Shown one piece after another: positions 1 through 10,682 of a stretch of DNA of 64,000 nucleotides; position 1 is the first letter of the stretch; every line of letters starts with the position of its first letter. The DNA is from a virus. Taxonomy: Duplodnaviria; Caudoviricetes. Both the position numbers and the translations under genes were made by a program. The notes under the pieces are model-generated. The model saw only the letters and a list, made by a program, of their open reading frames with translations, ran no database searches and had not been told where the DNA came from. The stretch lies in the IMG/VR virus record IMGVR_UViG_3300025732_000016. One strand, written 5' to 3'.

Positions 1-75
1 AGCGAAAGATCTGTCTTGCATGCGTTCCGTAACCAGAAATTGAGAGAGCAGGAGCTCTCAACACGACGCTCTTTC

Positions 76-1350
76 TCATATCGACACCACCTTCCAGTTC
101 CTGGACTTTTTCTTCTTCCACTCATCAATCAAGTTGCCAAGAGTTTCGTGCCACATGTCGATGGTATTTTGAAGGGAGAACTCGCTCTCTACGTAACTCT
201 TCGCCTTCTCTCCAAGATTCTTTCTCCCCTCTGACCCCATCTCATAGAGCTTCAAGATTCCCTCTGCTACAGTTTCATTGGTAACGTAGTCTTCGTAGAT
301 GTACGGGACCTGCTGGCTCCCTACGAGAGTTTTCATTTCAACGGGCAATGCGACCCCATTCTCAGTCCCATCCCTATGATCAACGACTTGACGAGTCAAA
401 CCGCCTGTCTTGAGAGCAACGATTGGCTTACCCACACTCATTGCCTCGAGTGTAGAAAGTCCGAAACCCTCTGCAAAAGAAATGTTTAGAGTAAAATCTG
501 AGATATTGTAGAGAACATTCATCTTCTGGAACTCTATTCTCTCAGCAGAAAATGTAACGTTGTTCTCTACGCCGAGCATCTTTGAAACTTCGATAAGATT
601 CGGTCCTTCCTGATCAAGAGGATCAGTGTGCATAAGAAGAGTGGCGTTCTTATGACCGTGTTTGGATTGCAGCTTATCGAGGAACAGTTTCCATGATTCA
701 ATGACGTCTGCAGGCCTCTTTCTCCTCGCATTGCGATTATTCCAGAAGCCTACAAAATGATCAGCTCTTCCCGGGCCGAGGAGCTGAGTCTTCCAGTTCT
801 TGACATCTGCTTCTGGCAGAATGTGGAATATCTCAGTGGGGACTGCGTGGGGAATGAAGTTCGTCTTTTCGGGGAACATTGACTTACAGATCTCATATGT
901 CAGATGTGAGTGGCAGTTGATGAGATCAGTTGCCTCGTACATGTAACGATTGAACTCAGGTGCAGGGTGATTATCCCACACATGCCACCAAGCGATGGGA
1001 CAAACCTGGTGGATCTCGTCCTCCATCTCAAATAACCAAGTGAAGAATCGAGGGTCAGTGAAGATGAGAATTGCGTCTGGTTTCTCAGTCGCTAGAGTTA
1101 CTCGCAGTAGGTTGCGATCTCCGAAGCCATCGATGGGCTTTATGATGAGATCTTCATTCACTGCGATAGTTTCGTAATTTGCGTGCTTTAGTGCAGCGCC
1201 AAACTGGCGGAAGGACCATCCGCCTTTCTGTATGAGACCCGTCAAGAGGTGTCTCGTTTGTGTACCAACTCCGCTCGTTGAGAGAGCGTGGTCAGACAGA
1301 ACTAGTACTTTCTTCTTTTGCAAGTTTGCCTCACGTATGATATCATCCAC
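76..1350 (-). CDS. Glycosyltransferase, GT-B fold (GT4-like)
   Basis: N-terminal 'VLVLSDH..SGVG', and C-terminal 'EGFGLSTLEAMSVGKPIV' (E-x7-E GT4 motif). GTG start. Confidence 0.88.
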   Translation of the reverse strand: MDDIIREANLQKKKVLVLSDHALSTSGVGTQTRHLLTGLIQKGGWSFRQFGAALKHANYETIAVNEDLIIKPIDGFGDRNLLRVTLATEKPDAILIFTDPRFFTWLFEMEDEIHQVCPIAWWHVWDNHPAPEFNRYMYEATDLINCHSHLTYEICKSMFPEKTNFIPHAVPTEIFHILPEADVKNWKTQLLGPGRADHFVGFWNNRNARRKRPADVIESWKLFLDKLQSKHGHKNATLLMHTDPLDQEGPNLIEVSKMLGVENNVTFSAERIEFQKMNVLYNISDFTLNISFAEGFGLSTLEAMSVGKPIVALKTGGLTRQVVDHRDGTENGVALPVEMKTLVGSQQVPYIYEDYVTNETVAEGILKLYEMGSEGRKNLGEKAKSYVESEFSLQNTIDMWHETLGNLIDEWKKKKSRNWKVVSI

Positions 1351-1378
1351 ACGTGAGGCCAGCAGTTAAGGATAAGTA

Positions 1379-2176
1379 TTACGGTAGACAGATTCCAGCC
1401 TTGCGATAGTCGCATAAATCGCAGGCGTACTTGTTCTTCATGAACTTGCCACGGCGGACGCCGCTCACCATGTTCTTGACGAGCTTCTCACCCCTCTCCA
1501 TGGGCTTTGGACCGACTGAGATATCATATCGAGCAATCGTAGAACCGGCCTTTGCACCCTTCTTCAACACTACGAATGCGCAGCCAACGTCTCGGCTCTG
1601 TAGATCCAGCTTACGAAGAAGGTAAGACTTGTAGAGCCACAGCTGTGCGAGGACGAGCTCATCTTCCAGCTTCTCCCGACGCCATCCATACGCTGGGCCT
1701 GTCTTCCAGTCGAGAATCCAGATCTTCCACTTGGTCTTCTCCTCGTTGAGAGGAGCCCTGATGACAGAGTCCACAAATCCCTTGAACTTTATGGTCTCTT
1801 CCTCAGGAATGTCCTCATAAAGAGGGAGCTCTGCACCGAGGAGCTCCCAACCAGGATGTTCGTTCTCCAACCAATCTGGGAAATCCGTGAGGATGTTGAG
1901 CGCCCACGTCTTCCACTTCTCGACATCAGGACGATTCTTCGCAGACCAGTCGTCCTCGATGAGTTTCAGGACTGCGGGAATGTCCATTGCCCGAGTCTTC
2001 AGGTAGTTCTCCACTCCGGAGTGCACATGCTTGCCGAAGTCAGCGTGGATCCAATCCTGGTCAGGAAGCTGAACCTTGTCTACATAGGAGAGCTTGTGCT
2101 TCCATCCACAGGAAGTCCAGCAAGCGACTTCAGAGTAAGAGACGTGCGGCTTGCCAGTGGGAAACTCAGAGCTCAT
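1379..2176 (-). CDS. PD-(D/E)XK nuclease, Cas4/RecB-like
   Basis: 'SYSEV..W..C.WK', 'KGFVDSV', 'ILDWKTG', 'QLWLY', and C-terminal 'CDLCDY...C' (four-Cys Fe-S pattern). Confidence 0.8.
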   Translation of the reverse strand: MSSEFPTGKPHVSYSEVACWTSCGWKHKLSYVDKVQLPDQDWIHADFGKHVHSGVENYLKTRAMDIPAVLKLIEDDWSAKNRPDVEKWKTWALNILTDFPDWLENEHPGWELLGAELPLYEDIPEEETIKFKGFVDSVIRAPLNEEKTKWKIWILDWKTGPAYGWRREKLEDELVLAQLWLYKSYLLRKLDLQSRDVGCAFVVLKKGAKAGSTIARYDISVGPKPMERGEKLVKNMVSGVRRGKFMKNKYACDLCDYRKAGICLP

Positions 2177-3266
2177 TTTCCTTCCTTGACTTTTGGAGTG
2201 CTGATCCGATCACTTGATGCATGTCGTAATACTTGTACTCAGAGAGGCGACCGCCAAAGAGAACGTTTGGAGTATTCTCAGCGATGTCTCGATACTTTCG
2301 ATAGATCTCATTATTCTTTTCGTCGCCGATGGGGTAGTATGGGACCGCGTCCCTGTGCCACTCAGCCGGAAACTCCTTTGTCCAGATCGTTCGCGGAGTC
2401 TTCTCGAGGTCCTGCGGTTGGAAGTACTTGTGTTCAGTGATTCGAGTGTAGGGAACTGCTGCGTCAGTGTAGTTCACTACTGCATTGCCTTGATAATCAC
2501 CGTCCTGTGAGGTGTGCTCGAACTGGAGCGTTCGATAGTCAAGCTCACCGTGAACGTAGTCAAAGTACTCATCGATCTTCCCAGTGAACACGACCTTCTT
2601 GGCCATCCCTTCCCACTTCGTCCGATCCTTGAAGAAGTCCTCTCCAAGAGCGAGGTCACATCCCTGGAGGAGACCCTTGAAGATCTCTGTGTAGCCACCT
2701 ATCGGAATGCCCTGGTATCGGTCATTGAAGTAGTTATCGTCAAAGTTCAAGCGGATCGGAAGACGCTTGATGATGGAGGCTGGGAGATCCTTCGGTTCAC
2801 GCATCCATTGCTTTGTCGTGTAACCGTGAATGAACGTCTCGTAGACTTCACGACCTACCTGTGAGAGGATCCACTCTTCAAGATTGCGGGGATTCTCACA
2901 TGGGACTCGGACTTCTTCAAGCTTCTGTCTGGCTTCTTCGGGCGTTGTCACACCCCAGAGCTGGTGAAGAGTCATCAGGTTGATCGGGAACGAGAAGATC
3001 CTTCCTTTGTAGTTCACCTTTGGGCGATTCACATAATCGTTGAAAGCCGTGAACTGATTCACGAACTTCCAAATCTTCTCATCAGATGTGTGGAAGATGT
3101 GTGGTCCATAGACGTGGACATCAACTCCTTCTCTCTTCTCTGTGTAGCAGTTTCCGCCAATGTGCGGACGCTTGTCAATCACGAGGACAGACTTCGCCTT
3201 GCGTCGAGCCTCATGAGCGAAGACAGAACCGAACAGCCCGGAACCAACAATGATGTAGTCGTACAT
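2166..3266 (-). CDS. glf: UDP-galactopyranose mutase
   Basis: 'YDYIIVGSGLFG', 'HIGGNCY', 'HVYGPHIFHT', 'YYPI', 'GRLSEYKYYDMHQVIGSAL'. Confidence 0.96.
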   Translation of the reverse strand: MYDYIIVGSGLFGSVFAHEARRKAKSVLVIDKRPHIGGNCYTEKREGVDVHVYGPHIFHTSDEKIWKFVNQFTAFNDYVNRPKVNYKGRIFSFPINLMTLHQLWGVTTPEEARQKLEEVRVPCENPRNLEEWILSQVGREVYETFIHGYTTKQWMREPKDLPASIIKRLPIRLNFDDNYFNDRYQGIPIGGYTEIFKGLLQGCDLALGEDFFKDRTKWEGMAKKVVFTGKIDEYFDYVHGELDYRTLQFEHTSQDGDYQGNAVVNYTDAAVPYTRITEHKYFQPQDLEKTPRTIWTKEFPAEWHRDAVPYYPIGDEKNNEIYRKYRDIAENTPNVLFGGRLSEYKYYDMHQVIGSALQKSRKENEL

Positions 3267-3296
3267 AAGACATTGTTGACAATTAGCGCAGATTGT

Positions 3297-3725
3297 TCAA
3301 GGTTCTTGTCTGTCAGCCATCGATCTGTAGATTTTCCTCTTCAAGCCAGTAAGAGAGTACTCATGATCTCGAGAACAGTAGAAGACAGGAATCCCAAGAT
3401 CATCGCCCGTGTACTTCTTCCCGATGTAGTCTGACCCGAGTATCCTAACATCAATGTGATCGGCCCACTGTCTCAGAAGCTCATAGAGTTCCGCTTCAGT
3501 ACAGTATCGCCACACCTCGTCGACGTCTCTCAGTGAAAGCAGAATCTCGGACCTCTCCTCCCATGTCTGGACTGGCTTACACTTATCAGGACGATCCACG
3601 GTCGGGTCGTCCTGCAGTAGAACAATCAACTGATCGCATGCTGTTTCTTTTGACTCTTTGAACATTCGAACATAGCCCGGGTGGATCAAGTCAAAAGACC
3701 CTGCTATCACTCCTCTTCTACTCAT
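3297..3725 (-). CDS. Cytidylyltransferase (TagD-like, HxGH family)
   Basis: 'AGSFDLIHPGY', 'RILGSDY', 'R.HEYSLTGLK'. Confidence 0.85.
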   Translation of the reverse strand: MSRRGVIAGSFDLIHPGYVRMFKESKETACDQLIVLLQDDPTVDRPDKCKPVQTWEERSEILLSLRDVDEVWRYCTEAELYELLRQWADHIDVRILGSDYIGKKYTGDDLGIPVFYCSRDHEYSLTGLKRKIYRSMADRQEP

Positions 3726-4689
3726 TTCTTTTGCTCACTGCTCTACCGACCTGCTTCTCCCAGTCCCTGTCTTCTGGGGGACGGACCTCGAGATTCTTGT
3801 CCCAAGCAGCTTGCATGACAGTGGGCCTCACTCCGCAACCTCTTGCGATGCTTATGAGAGCGTTGATATCCTTCGGAAAACAGTGTCCTCCGAAACCTCT
3901 CACATATCTTCCATCATGCGTAGGTACTGGACCTGGTACGGACCAATGGGTCTCTCCAAGTCTTTGATCGAATTTAGCGTATTCGACGACCTTATCATAG
4001 TCTACGTTGAGACCGTCCTTGTCAAGCTCTTCGCATATTTGAGAAACTTCATTCGCGAACGCGACCTTCACTGCAAGAAGGCAGTTGGTCGTGTACTTCA
4101 CCATCTCTGCTGTGGTAGAGCTCGTCTTGATGATTGGGACTCTTGGGAAAGCTCGCATGAAGATGTTTCTGACAGTGTTGATATACGGTCGCGGCCCTCC
4201 GAGGACTATCCTTCCCTGAGTGCGCATATCATCGAGCGCATTCGCTTCAGTGAGAAACTCCGGATTGAAGACAACGTGAAGATCTAGATCGCTAAATCTC
4301 TTGTTCCACTTCTCAGTTGATCCTGGTGGTACGGTTGACTTTATCACGGCGATTCTTTGTGGGCTGTCAGCCCCGTAGGGAGCTGACGCTATGAGTTCAA
4401 GGACATCTTCGACTATTCTTGTGTCAGGTGATCCGTCCTCATACATGGGAGTAGGAACACAAACAAAGTAAACTCCAGAAAACCCTGAGGTCCCTTCACA
4501 CTCCCTGACAAACTCAGTGATTGAGCTGGGGTACACGACGTCTCTCGTAATTTGTCTTGTAAAACCTGATATGCCTCCGCGAGCAGATTTGCCAATCTTG
4601 TCGTAGACGTAAACTGTTTCGCCCCTTTCTGAGAACACAGTGGTAAGACTACCGCCGACGAATCCCTGTCCGATGACTGCTATACTCAT
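3718..4689 (-). CDS. UDP-glucose/GDP-mannose dehydrogenase family protein
   Basis: '[10 protein letters not shown]', 'VCVPTP', 'KSTVPPG', 'NPEFL', 'AEMVKY', '[10 protein letters not shown]' (catalytic Cys). Confidence 0.9.
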   Translation of the reverse strand: MSIAVIGQGFVGGSLTTVFSERGETVYVYDKIGKSARGGISGFTRQITRDVVYPSSITEFVRECEGTSGFSGVYFVCVPTPMYEDGSPDTRIVEDVLELIASAPYGADSPQRIAVIKSTVPPGSTEKWNKRFSDLDLHVVFNPEFLTEANALDDMRTQGRIVLGGPRPYINTVRNIFMRAFPRVPIIKTSSTTAEMVKYTTNCLLAVKVAFANEVSQICEELDKDGLNVDYDKVVEYAKFDQRLGETHWSVPGPVPTHDGRYVRGFGGHCFPKDINALISIARGCGVRPTVMQAAWDKNLEVRPPEDRDWEKQVGRAVSKRNE

Positions 4690-5666
4690 TTGATCCTCTC
4701 TACCTCGTTGTTGAAATCAGACTCAAACATGAGTCTAGCAAGTTCTGTGAATGTCGTCTTGGGAGACCAGCCAAGGCTCTTTCTTGCTTTCGAGCAGTCT
4801 CCCTCCAACCAAGGGACCTCGTGAGGACGTTTGAGCCTGTCATCGATGACAAGGTGCTTGTCAACATTGAGACCTGCAATGTCGAATACCTCATGCAAAA
4901 ACTCACGCACAGTGTGAGTCTCACCGGTGGCGATCACGTAATCATCAGGCTTGTCCTGCTGGAGCATCATCCACATTGCCTCGACATAGTCCTTGGCGTA
5001 TCCCCAGTCGCGGAGAGCATCGAGATTGCCAAGAGCGATCTTGTCCTGTAGACCGAGCTTGATTCGTGCTGCGGCGAGGGTGATCTTCCTGGTGACGAAT
5101 GTCTCACCTCGACGTGGACTCTCATGGTTGAAGAGAATACCGGAGGAGGCGTGGATGCCGTATCCCTCGCGATAGTTCCTCGTGAGACCGTGAGCAAAGA
5201 CCTTGGCACAGGCGTATGGGGACGCTGGCATGAGACGGGTGGTCTCACTCTGCGGATGCTCTGGATTGTCGCCGTACATCTCAGAGGAGGATGCCTGATA
5301 GAATCGACAACCAGGTTGCATCGTACGGATACACTCAAGAAGACGAAGAGGGCCCATTGCAACTGTGTCTACCGTTTCCTCTGGAACCTCAAAAGACACT
5401 CGAACGTGTGATTGTGCTGCAAGATTGTAGACTTCATCAAACTTCTGGTTTGCGAACAAACGATAGAACGCACCAGAATCGTTCATGGAACCGTAGATTA
5501 GTTGAAAATTTGGGTGAGAGAGAAGATGATCGATTCTGTCAGTTGCAAGGAGTGATGTTCTTCGTTTCACTCCAACGACTCGATAACCTTTCTCGATGAG
5601 AAGCTCGGCAAGGTAGCTTCCATCCTGGCCGGTCACGCCTGTTATGAGAGCAGTCTTCATGCTCAA
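4686..5666 (-). CDS. gmd: GDP-mannose 4,6-dehydratase
   Basis: '[18 protein letters not shown]', '[13 protein letters not shown]', '[11 protein letters not shown]', '[16 protein letters not shown]', 'RDWGYAKDY'. Confidence 0.97.
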   Translation of the reverse strand: MSMKTALITGVTGQDGSYLAELLIEKGYRVVGVKRRTSLLATDRIDHLLSHPNFQLIYGSMNDSGAFYRLFANQKFDEVYNLAAQSHVRVSFEVPEETVDTVAMGPLRLLECIRTMQPGCRFYQASSSEMYGDNPEHPQSETTRLMPASPYACAKVFAHGLTRNYREGYGIHASSGILFNHESPRRGETFVTRKITLAAARIKLGLQDKIALGNLDALRDWGYAKDYVEAMWMMLQQDKPDDYVIATGETHTVREFLHEVFDIAGLNVDKHLVIDDRLKRPHEVPWLEGDCSKARKSLGWSPKTTFTELARLMFESDFNNEVERIK

Positions 5667-6604
5667 ATGGTAACACCTCGAACACGAGGGTATCTTTCTG
5701 TGAACGCTTTTATTGTCTCTCGAAGTCCATCACGAAGCGGTGTGTACTCACCCTTCCATCCAAGAGAAAGAAGTTTCTCGTTTGATGACGGCTTCTGGTA
5801 CTGGCCATCAGGCTTGCTCTTGTCGAAATTTCCTCCGCCCTCGTAACCGATCTCTTCAGCGATCATATTAGCGAGTGCCATGATAGAGACCTGCTCAGGA
5901 TTCCCGATGTTGATAGGTTCTTCTCCGTCATAGTTCTCGGCTAACCACAGGATGATCTTTGCGGCATCACGAGCAAACGTGAACTCTCTCAGGGGCTTGC
6001 CGCTCCCCCAGATATCGACATGATCGTAACCGTAGATCTTGGCCTCATGAAACTTCCTGATGAGAGCAGGTATCACGTGTCCGCTGTTGAGGTCGTAGTT
6101 GTCATTAGGACCGTAGAGATTATTCGGAATGACAGAGATGAAGTTGCAACCGTGTTGCTGGCGGTAGGCTCGAGTCTGTACTTCCAGCATTCTCTTTGCG
6201 TAGGCGTATCCGAAGTTTGATGGGTGCGGAGGACCCAAGTGAAGCTGGTCCTCCGTCAGAGGATACTTCACGTAGGGAGCGTCTGGGTAGATGCAGGTTG
6301 AGAGGACAGAAACAAGCTTGAGACCAGATTCCTTGCAGGCTCTCATGACATTCATATTCATCTTCATGTTGTCATCAAAGAAGTCTGCTACAAAATCTGT
6401 GTTGGCCTTGACACCGCCAACACGAGCCGCGCAGTGAATGACGGTAGCAGCGTGACCCGGGTCTAGAGATGTGATTACCGAAGCAGACTCTGTGAGATCG
6501 CAATCTTTCGAAGAGATCCCTGTTGAAGAATTGTGAAGGGCAACAATCTCGCTTCCAAGAAGTCCAGTCGAGCCAGTTATCAGATGCACGGTGATCTCCC
6601 ACAT
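5663..6604 (-). CDS. fcl: GDP-L-fucose synthase
   Basis: 'HCAARVGG', 'STCIYP', 'YAYAKR', '[11 protein letters not shown]', '[10 protein letters not shown]', '[10 protein letters not shown]'. Adjacent to gmd. Confidence 0.93.
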   Translation of the reverse strand: MWEITVHLITGSTGLLGSEIVALHNSSTGISSKDCDLTESASVITSLDPGHAATVIHCAARVGGVKANTDFVADFFDDNMKMNMNVMRACKESGLKLVSVLSTCIYPDAPYVKYPLTEDQLHLGPPHPSNFGYAYAKRMLEVQTRAYRQQHGCNFISVIPNNLYGPNDNYDLNSGHVIPALIRKFHEAKIYGYDHVDIWGSGKPLREFTFARDAAKIILWLAENYDGEEPINIGNPEQVSIMALANMIAEEIGYEGGGNFDKSKPDGQYQKPSSNEKLLSLGWKGEYTPLRDGLRETIKAFTERYPRVRGVTI

Positions 6605-6629
6605 TTCGCAAGATACAGAAGTTCAACTC

Positions 6630-7385
6630 TCAGGTATCAACAATCTCTTCGCTATGGAAGAGAAGATCCCAGAAATATTCAAACATCCAGCCGAAACCCT
6701 CACCGTTTGGCATTCCGCCGTACTGCTCCATGACTTTCTCGCTTACCATTGCAGCAGGGTTGTATCCGTGGTTTCCAACGCAGAAGCCTGTGAAGTATTT
6801 GCTGTTGTCAAACTTGTCGAGACATTTGAGATACACGCTTTTCTCATTCTGGAGTATGAGATGCTTTGGCACAGCAAAAAGACCATGTATCCCGACTTTG
6901 TATTTCTTCGGTAAGTCTTTGTCAAAAAGCTCTCTGTAGAGAGAAAGATGGTTACCGTAGAAGAAGTTTACTCTTCGAAAGTTCTCATCGTCAAGCTGCT
7001 CTTGAAAGAACTTGTTCTGCTGTTCTACTTTGTAAGAGAAATTGTGATAATCTCTCTCACCAAGATTCTTGAGCATGCTCAAGAGAGCAGGTTGATGGTC
7101 GAACGGATTCCCTTGAATAAAAGCAGTTGTTTCTGCTAAATTTTCATAATTCTTCACTATGTGATAGAGATACGTGTGAGATTCTCTTCCAACGTTTGGA
7201 AGATCACAGTGCAAGATGCTTCCTTCGCGCCTATAGACTGGTACGCGGTCAAACTCTCTTGCACTCAGTGAATTGTCTTTGTGATACACGAAGACGTTGT
7301 ACTCACTCTCGAGCTCGTGTATCCACCTTGTGTCCTCTCTATAGTGAGCCACTACCAAGTCTTTCTTTTTCAAATTAGCTCTCAC
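6630..7385 (-). CDS. DUF3431-like protein (putative glycosyltransferase)
   Basis: 'LVVAHYREDTRW', 'LPNVGRESHTYLYHIVKNY..LA..T.FIQGNPFDH'. Confidence 0.7.
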   Translation of the reverse strand: MRANLKKKDLVVAHYREDTRWIHELESEYNVFVYHKDNSLSAREFDRVPVYRREGSILHCDLPNVGRESHTYLYHIVKNYENLAETTAFIQGNPFDHQPALLSMLKNLGERDYHNFSYKVEQQNKFFQEQLDDENFRRVNFFYGNHLSLYRELFDKDLPKKYKVGIHGLFAVPKHLILQNEKSVYLKCLDKFDNSKYFTGFCVGNHGYNPAAMVSEKVMEQYGGMPNGEGFGWMFEYFWDLLFHSEEIVDT

Positions 7386-8956
7386 TTTTTTGCGAAGATG
7401 TAATCTTCAACGACAACATAATCGAGCTCTGTGTTGTCAAGAACGTACAGAGCATCTTCTATTGTAGTGAGGATCGGCAATCCGCGAATGTTGAATGACG
7501 TGTTCAAAAGAACCCCATGTCTCGAAATTTTCGAGAACTCTGTAAGAAGTTCATAGAACTTCTTGTGTGAATCGCTAGTGACAGTTTGCAATCTTGAAGT
7601 CCCATCGGCATGAGTGATCGAAGGCAGCAGATTCTTATACTCGTCTTTCACTCTCGGAGCAAAACCCATGTATTCTAGATTGCTGTAGTCTCGAGTCTCA
7701 AAGTATCGTGGAGCATCTTCTAGTTTGCAAAAGGGAGCAAAGGGTCTATACCACTCCCTAAACTTGACCTTTGAGTTCAAGATGTCTTTCATCTCGAGAA
7801 TGCTTGGGTCGCAGACTATACTTCTGTTACCAAGAGCACGAGGTCCAACTTCCGAGTCTCCATACACGAAGCCGATGATCTTACCTTCCTTGAGCAACCT
7901 GGCTGTCTCTGCGGCAGTAGTCTTTCTAGCGCCTCTCCTTTCAACAATTTCACCGAGACTTCCTTTGTCTAGCAAGGGAATACCATTGTAAGTTACGTTA
8001 ACTCTTTCTTGGGGTCTCGTCATCGAGAATAAAGCTCCCAGCGAAAGACCGCAATCATTCGGATTGGGAGGAACAAAAACTTTCACACCAAATTCGTTCC
8101 TGATTCTCTCATTCAAGAGAACATTCAACCCACCACCGCCCGTGATTATGACTGGGTAGTTCGGAAACTTTTTGACAATTTCCGTGAACACGCTGATGAA
8201 CGCTTCTTCAAATGCTTTTTGAGCAGTAGCAGCCAGATCGTAAGCTTCCTGCTTATCAAACTTTGCATTTGCCATGGGGTTCTTCCATGGATCCTCAGAG
8301 TTTAGAAGACTAAGGCCGGTCAACTTTGACAGCTTTTGATAGTCTCTATCAAAGAAGAAGTCTCTGAAGTGTGGGAGAAGACTCTCTCGAGGGGAACCAT
8401 AAGCGCATAGACCCATCATCTTTCCAGCTAAAGAAAGCTGGTGTCTACTCTTTTCGCTTATCTCCTTGAGTATCGATGCGCAAAGAAGGTAACCTCCGCC
8501 AAAATCTGATTTTACGTTCTCTATGAGCTGGACGTTGCTTCTGCTACCATAGTAAATGTTGAAGAATCCGTCACTGCCACCACCATCAAATGAGAAGATA
8601 ATCGATTCATAGAAGGGAGACTGGTAGAAAGCGCTGGTAGCATGACACTCGTGATGCTTTCCAACCATGTAGATATTTTGAGTCTCAAAAACTCTTGAAA
8701 GAATGCTGACATCGTTAATCCCGCCATCAGCTGCAATGGCAACTGCGTCAAACCCGTCAAACTGCCAGTTGTTTATAGCGATGTCCTTACACTGACGTAA
8801 AAGAGACTCAATCTGTTCACCAGAATTGTCGACGTGAAGTCTAAAATAGCGCTTCTTCACCAAGCGCTCAAGTTCAATTACATGATATCTCTGGGTCTTG
8901 GAGTTGTAGAACGAAACGTTCGCGTCGTGACCAGCATAGATGCTTACGATTCTCAT
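7382..8956 (-). CDS. Carbamoyltransferase (NodU/CmcH family)
   Basis: 'GHDANV', 'ELERL', 'HHECHA', 'GKMMGL', 'GPRALGNRSI', 'KFREWYRPFAP', 'DGTSRLQTV', 'LLNTSFN'. Confidence 0.93.
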   Translation of the reverse strand: MRIVSIYAGHDANVSFYNSKTQRYHVIELERLVKKRYFRLHVDNSGEQIESLLRQCKDIAINNWQFDGFDAVAIAADGGINDVSILSRVFETQNIYMVGKHHECHATSAFYQSPFYESIIFSFDGGGSDGFFNIYYGSRSNVQLIENVKSDFGGGYLLCASILKEISEKSRHQLSLAGKMMGLCAYGSPRESLLPHFRDFFFDRDYQKLSKLTGLSLLNSEDPWKNPMANAKFDKQEAYDLAATAQKAFEEAFISVFTEIVKKFPNYPVIITGGGGLNVLLNERIRNEFGVKVFVPPNPNDCGLSLGALFSMTRPQERVNVTYNGIPLLDKGSLGEIVERRGARKTTAAETARLLKEGKIIGFVYGDSEVGPRALGNRSIVCDPSILEMKDILNSKVKFREWYRPFAPFCKLEDAPRYFETRDYSNLEYMGFAPRVKDEYKNLLPSITHADGTSRLQTVTSDSHKKFYELLTEFSKISRHGVLLNTSFNIRGLPILTTIEDALYVLDNTELDYVVVEDYIFAKK

Positions 8957-9630
8957 ACACGCGCCTCCTTCTCGTTGTTTGCAGCTCTAAGAACAAAAAC
9001 ATGGTTCCCCACGCCTCCAGCGTGAGTTTTCCAATTCTCCTTTAGACCGCTTAGGTGTGGAGTTGACTTTTCTACTCTCCAGCCGTTCGACTCAAAGCTG
9101 CGCTTCCACCACGTCTCATCCTCAGCTATCAAATGAGAAACTTCAGTGTGATACTCTGGGATCCTATACGTACCGTTGTCTCCCATAGGGATAACGCACA
9201 GTAAAGAGGGGGCTACTTTAGCAAGCGTCTTGAGCATGTCACTCAGCTGATCTTCTGTTAAGTGCTCGAGCATGTCCTTCACTACAACGTGAGTGTAATC
9301 TCGAGAAGGTCTCTTCTCCCAGTCTTGGCAATTCCAACAACCATCAGGGGCATAAGCGAGTGCATACTCGCTTATGTCACATCCATCAGCCTTGATCTCT
9401 AGTATTCTGAGAGCTTTGACCAGAAACCCCTTCGCGCAACCAACATCAAGAACGTAACTTTTCTCATCGAGCTCTAGATAGTCAGCTATTGCGATTGCTT
9501 CCCTAAGAGTTCGGCGTGGCATCCACCGATAATTCTCTAGCCATCCCTTGCCGGACTCTTTGCCTCTTTCAAAGTAGTCCTCATCATAAAAGTCACCAGT
9601 GAAAGGAGACCTCGAACTTTCATTACTCAT
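8953..9630 (-). CDS. Class I SAM-dependent methyltransferase
   Basis: 'VLDVGCAKGFLV', 'GCDISEYA', 'MLEHL'. Confidence 0.87.
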   Translation of the reverse strand: MSNESSRSPFTGDFYDEDYFERGKESGKGWLENYRWMPRRTLREAIAIADYLELDEKSYVLDVGCAKGFLVKALRILEIKADGCDISEYALAYAPDGCWNCQDWEKRPSRDYTHVVVKDMLEHLTEDQLSDMLKTLAKVAPSLLCVIPMGDNGTYRIPEYHTEVSHLIAEDETWWKRSFESNGWRVEKSTPHLSGLKENWKTHAGGVGNHVFVLRAANNEKEARV

Positions 9631-10682
9631 TATGCGAACTCGTTGTGGCTGGTAGGAGTAAGAGCGTCATCTATCAACTCATTTTGAGCGGCGTACTTGC
9701 AGTATGAGCAAGCATGATATCTTCTGACTCCGTTAGAATCTTGAACTCCATTATAGAAGTCAATGATTCCGTTTATATCACAAATTTTGAACTCTGGGTT
9801 CACTTTGTAGGAGTTTTCTACTGCCATCTCTGCGCAGGGACAAACGTAAACATTCCCATCAGTGAAGACAAACGGCTTGAAATTGTGCATGTAGCAGTGA
9901 TTGTTTCTTCTCTCCCCCTTCCAGTTGAAGTCTGACAGGAACGCGTACTTAAGGTTTCTTCCTTCGATGTCAACTCTTATCCTTTCGAGATCCTTTCTGA
10001 TCGTGTCAGCGTCTTTGATAGAGTTGAAAGCTATTCTAGTAGGAATCTTTTCCCTTTCCACAAATTCGAGCATTCTCTCAAAATGCTCAGGCGTTTGCTT
10101 GTTCTTTGACAGCTTCTTACCCTTCGTCTCAGACCAGTTTCCATGGATGTTCGGATTTTGTGAAGTCTCATGAGCTAGATCCCAAATGTAAGCAGCGCCA
10201 ATTTCAAGATTGGGATACTCTCTCAGAGACGCGATATCATATTCGTAGCCCTCTGTGAAACCGTACATCCCTAGTCTTATCCAAGTGAGCTTGTCCCAAA
10301 CTCCTCCGACCTTGTGCCACTTGTTGATCATCGTTCCGTTGGTTACGACACCAACTTTTAGACCCTTTTCATAAGCATAGTTTACTACTCTGCCAAAATC
10401 TGGGTGGAGAGTGGGCTCTCCACCACCGGTCAACTCCATCCCTGTTGCTCCAAGCTCAACGAAGGAGTCGATTGCCTTCTTCATTTGATCAAGTGTGAGC
10501 ATTTCCTTAAGAGCTCGATTCGCAAAGCAACAAAAGCTGCACGTCAGATTGCAAGGATTGCAAGGAGACATGTGAAACATGACTGGAGAGGGTCTCTTGC
10601 CGTCCTGCAAGAGTTGTATCTTTGGTAGATGCTTCAGTAGCTTCGAAACGTTAGAAGTGTATGTCTTTCCCTCAACCATCAA
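9630..10682 (-). CDS. Radical SAM protein with C-terminal SPASM/twitch-like Cys cluster
   Basis: 'CNLTCSFC' (CxxxCxxC), 'TGGGEPTLHP', 'VVTNG'. C-terminal 'CY...DGNVYVCPC...CSYC'. Confidence 0.9.
   Translation of the reverse strand: MMVEGKTYTSNVSKLLKHLPKIQLLQDGKRPSPVMFHMSPCNPCNLTCSFCCFANRALKEMLTLDQMKKAIDSFVELGATGMELTGGGEPTLHPDFGRVVNYAYEKGLKVGVVTNGTMINKWHKVGGVWDKLTWIRLGMYGFTEGYEYDIASLREYPNLEIGAAYIWDLAHETSQNPNIHGNWSETKGKKLSKNKQTPEHFERMLEFVEREKIPTRIAFNSIKDADTIRKDLERIRVDIEGRNLKYAFLSDFNWKGERRNNHCYMHNFKPFVFTDGNVYVCPCAEMAVENSYKVNPEFKICDINGIIDFYNGVQDSNGVRRYHACSYCKYAAQNELIDDALTPTSHNEFA

Noticed and set aside
76-120. 'DDIIRE' at the GT4 N-terminus as another leader copy
   Set aside because: Only four residues match and there is no LR..IRE..L.E helix.
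1379-2176. CRISPR-Cas locus implied by the Cas4-like gene
   Set aside because: No repeat-spacer array or other cas genes were seen in the window.
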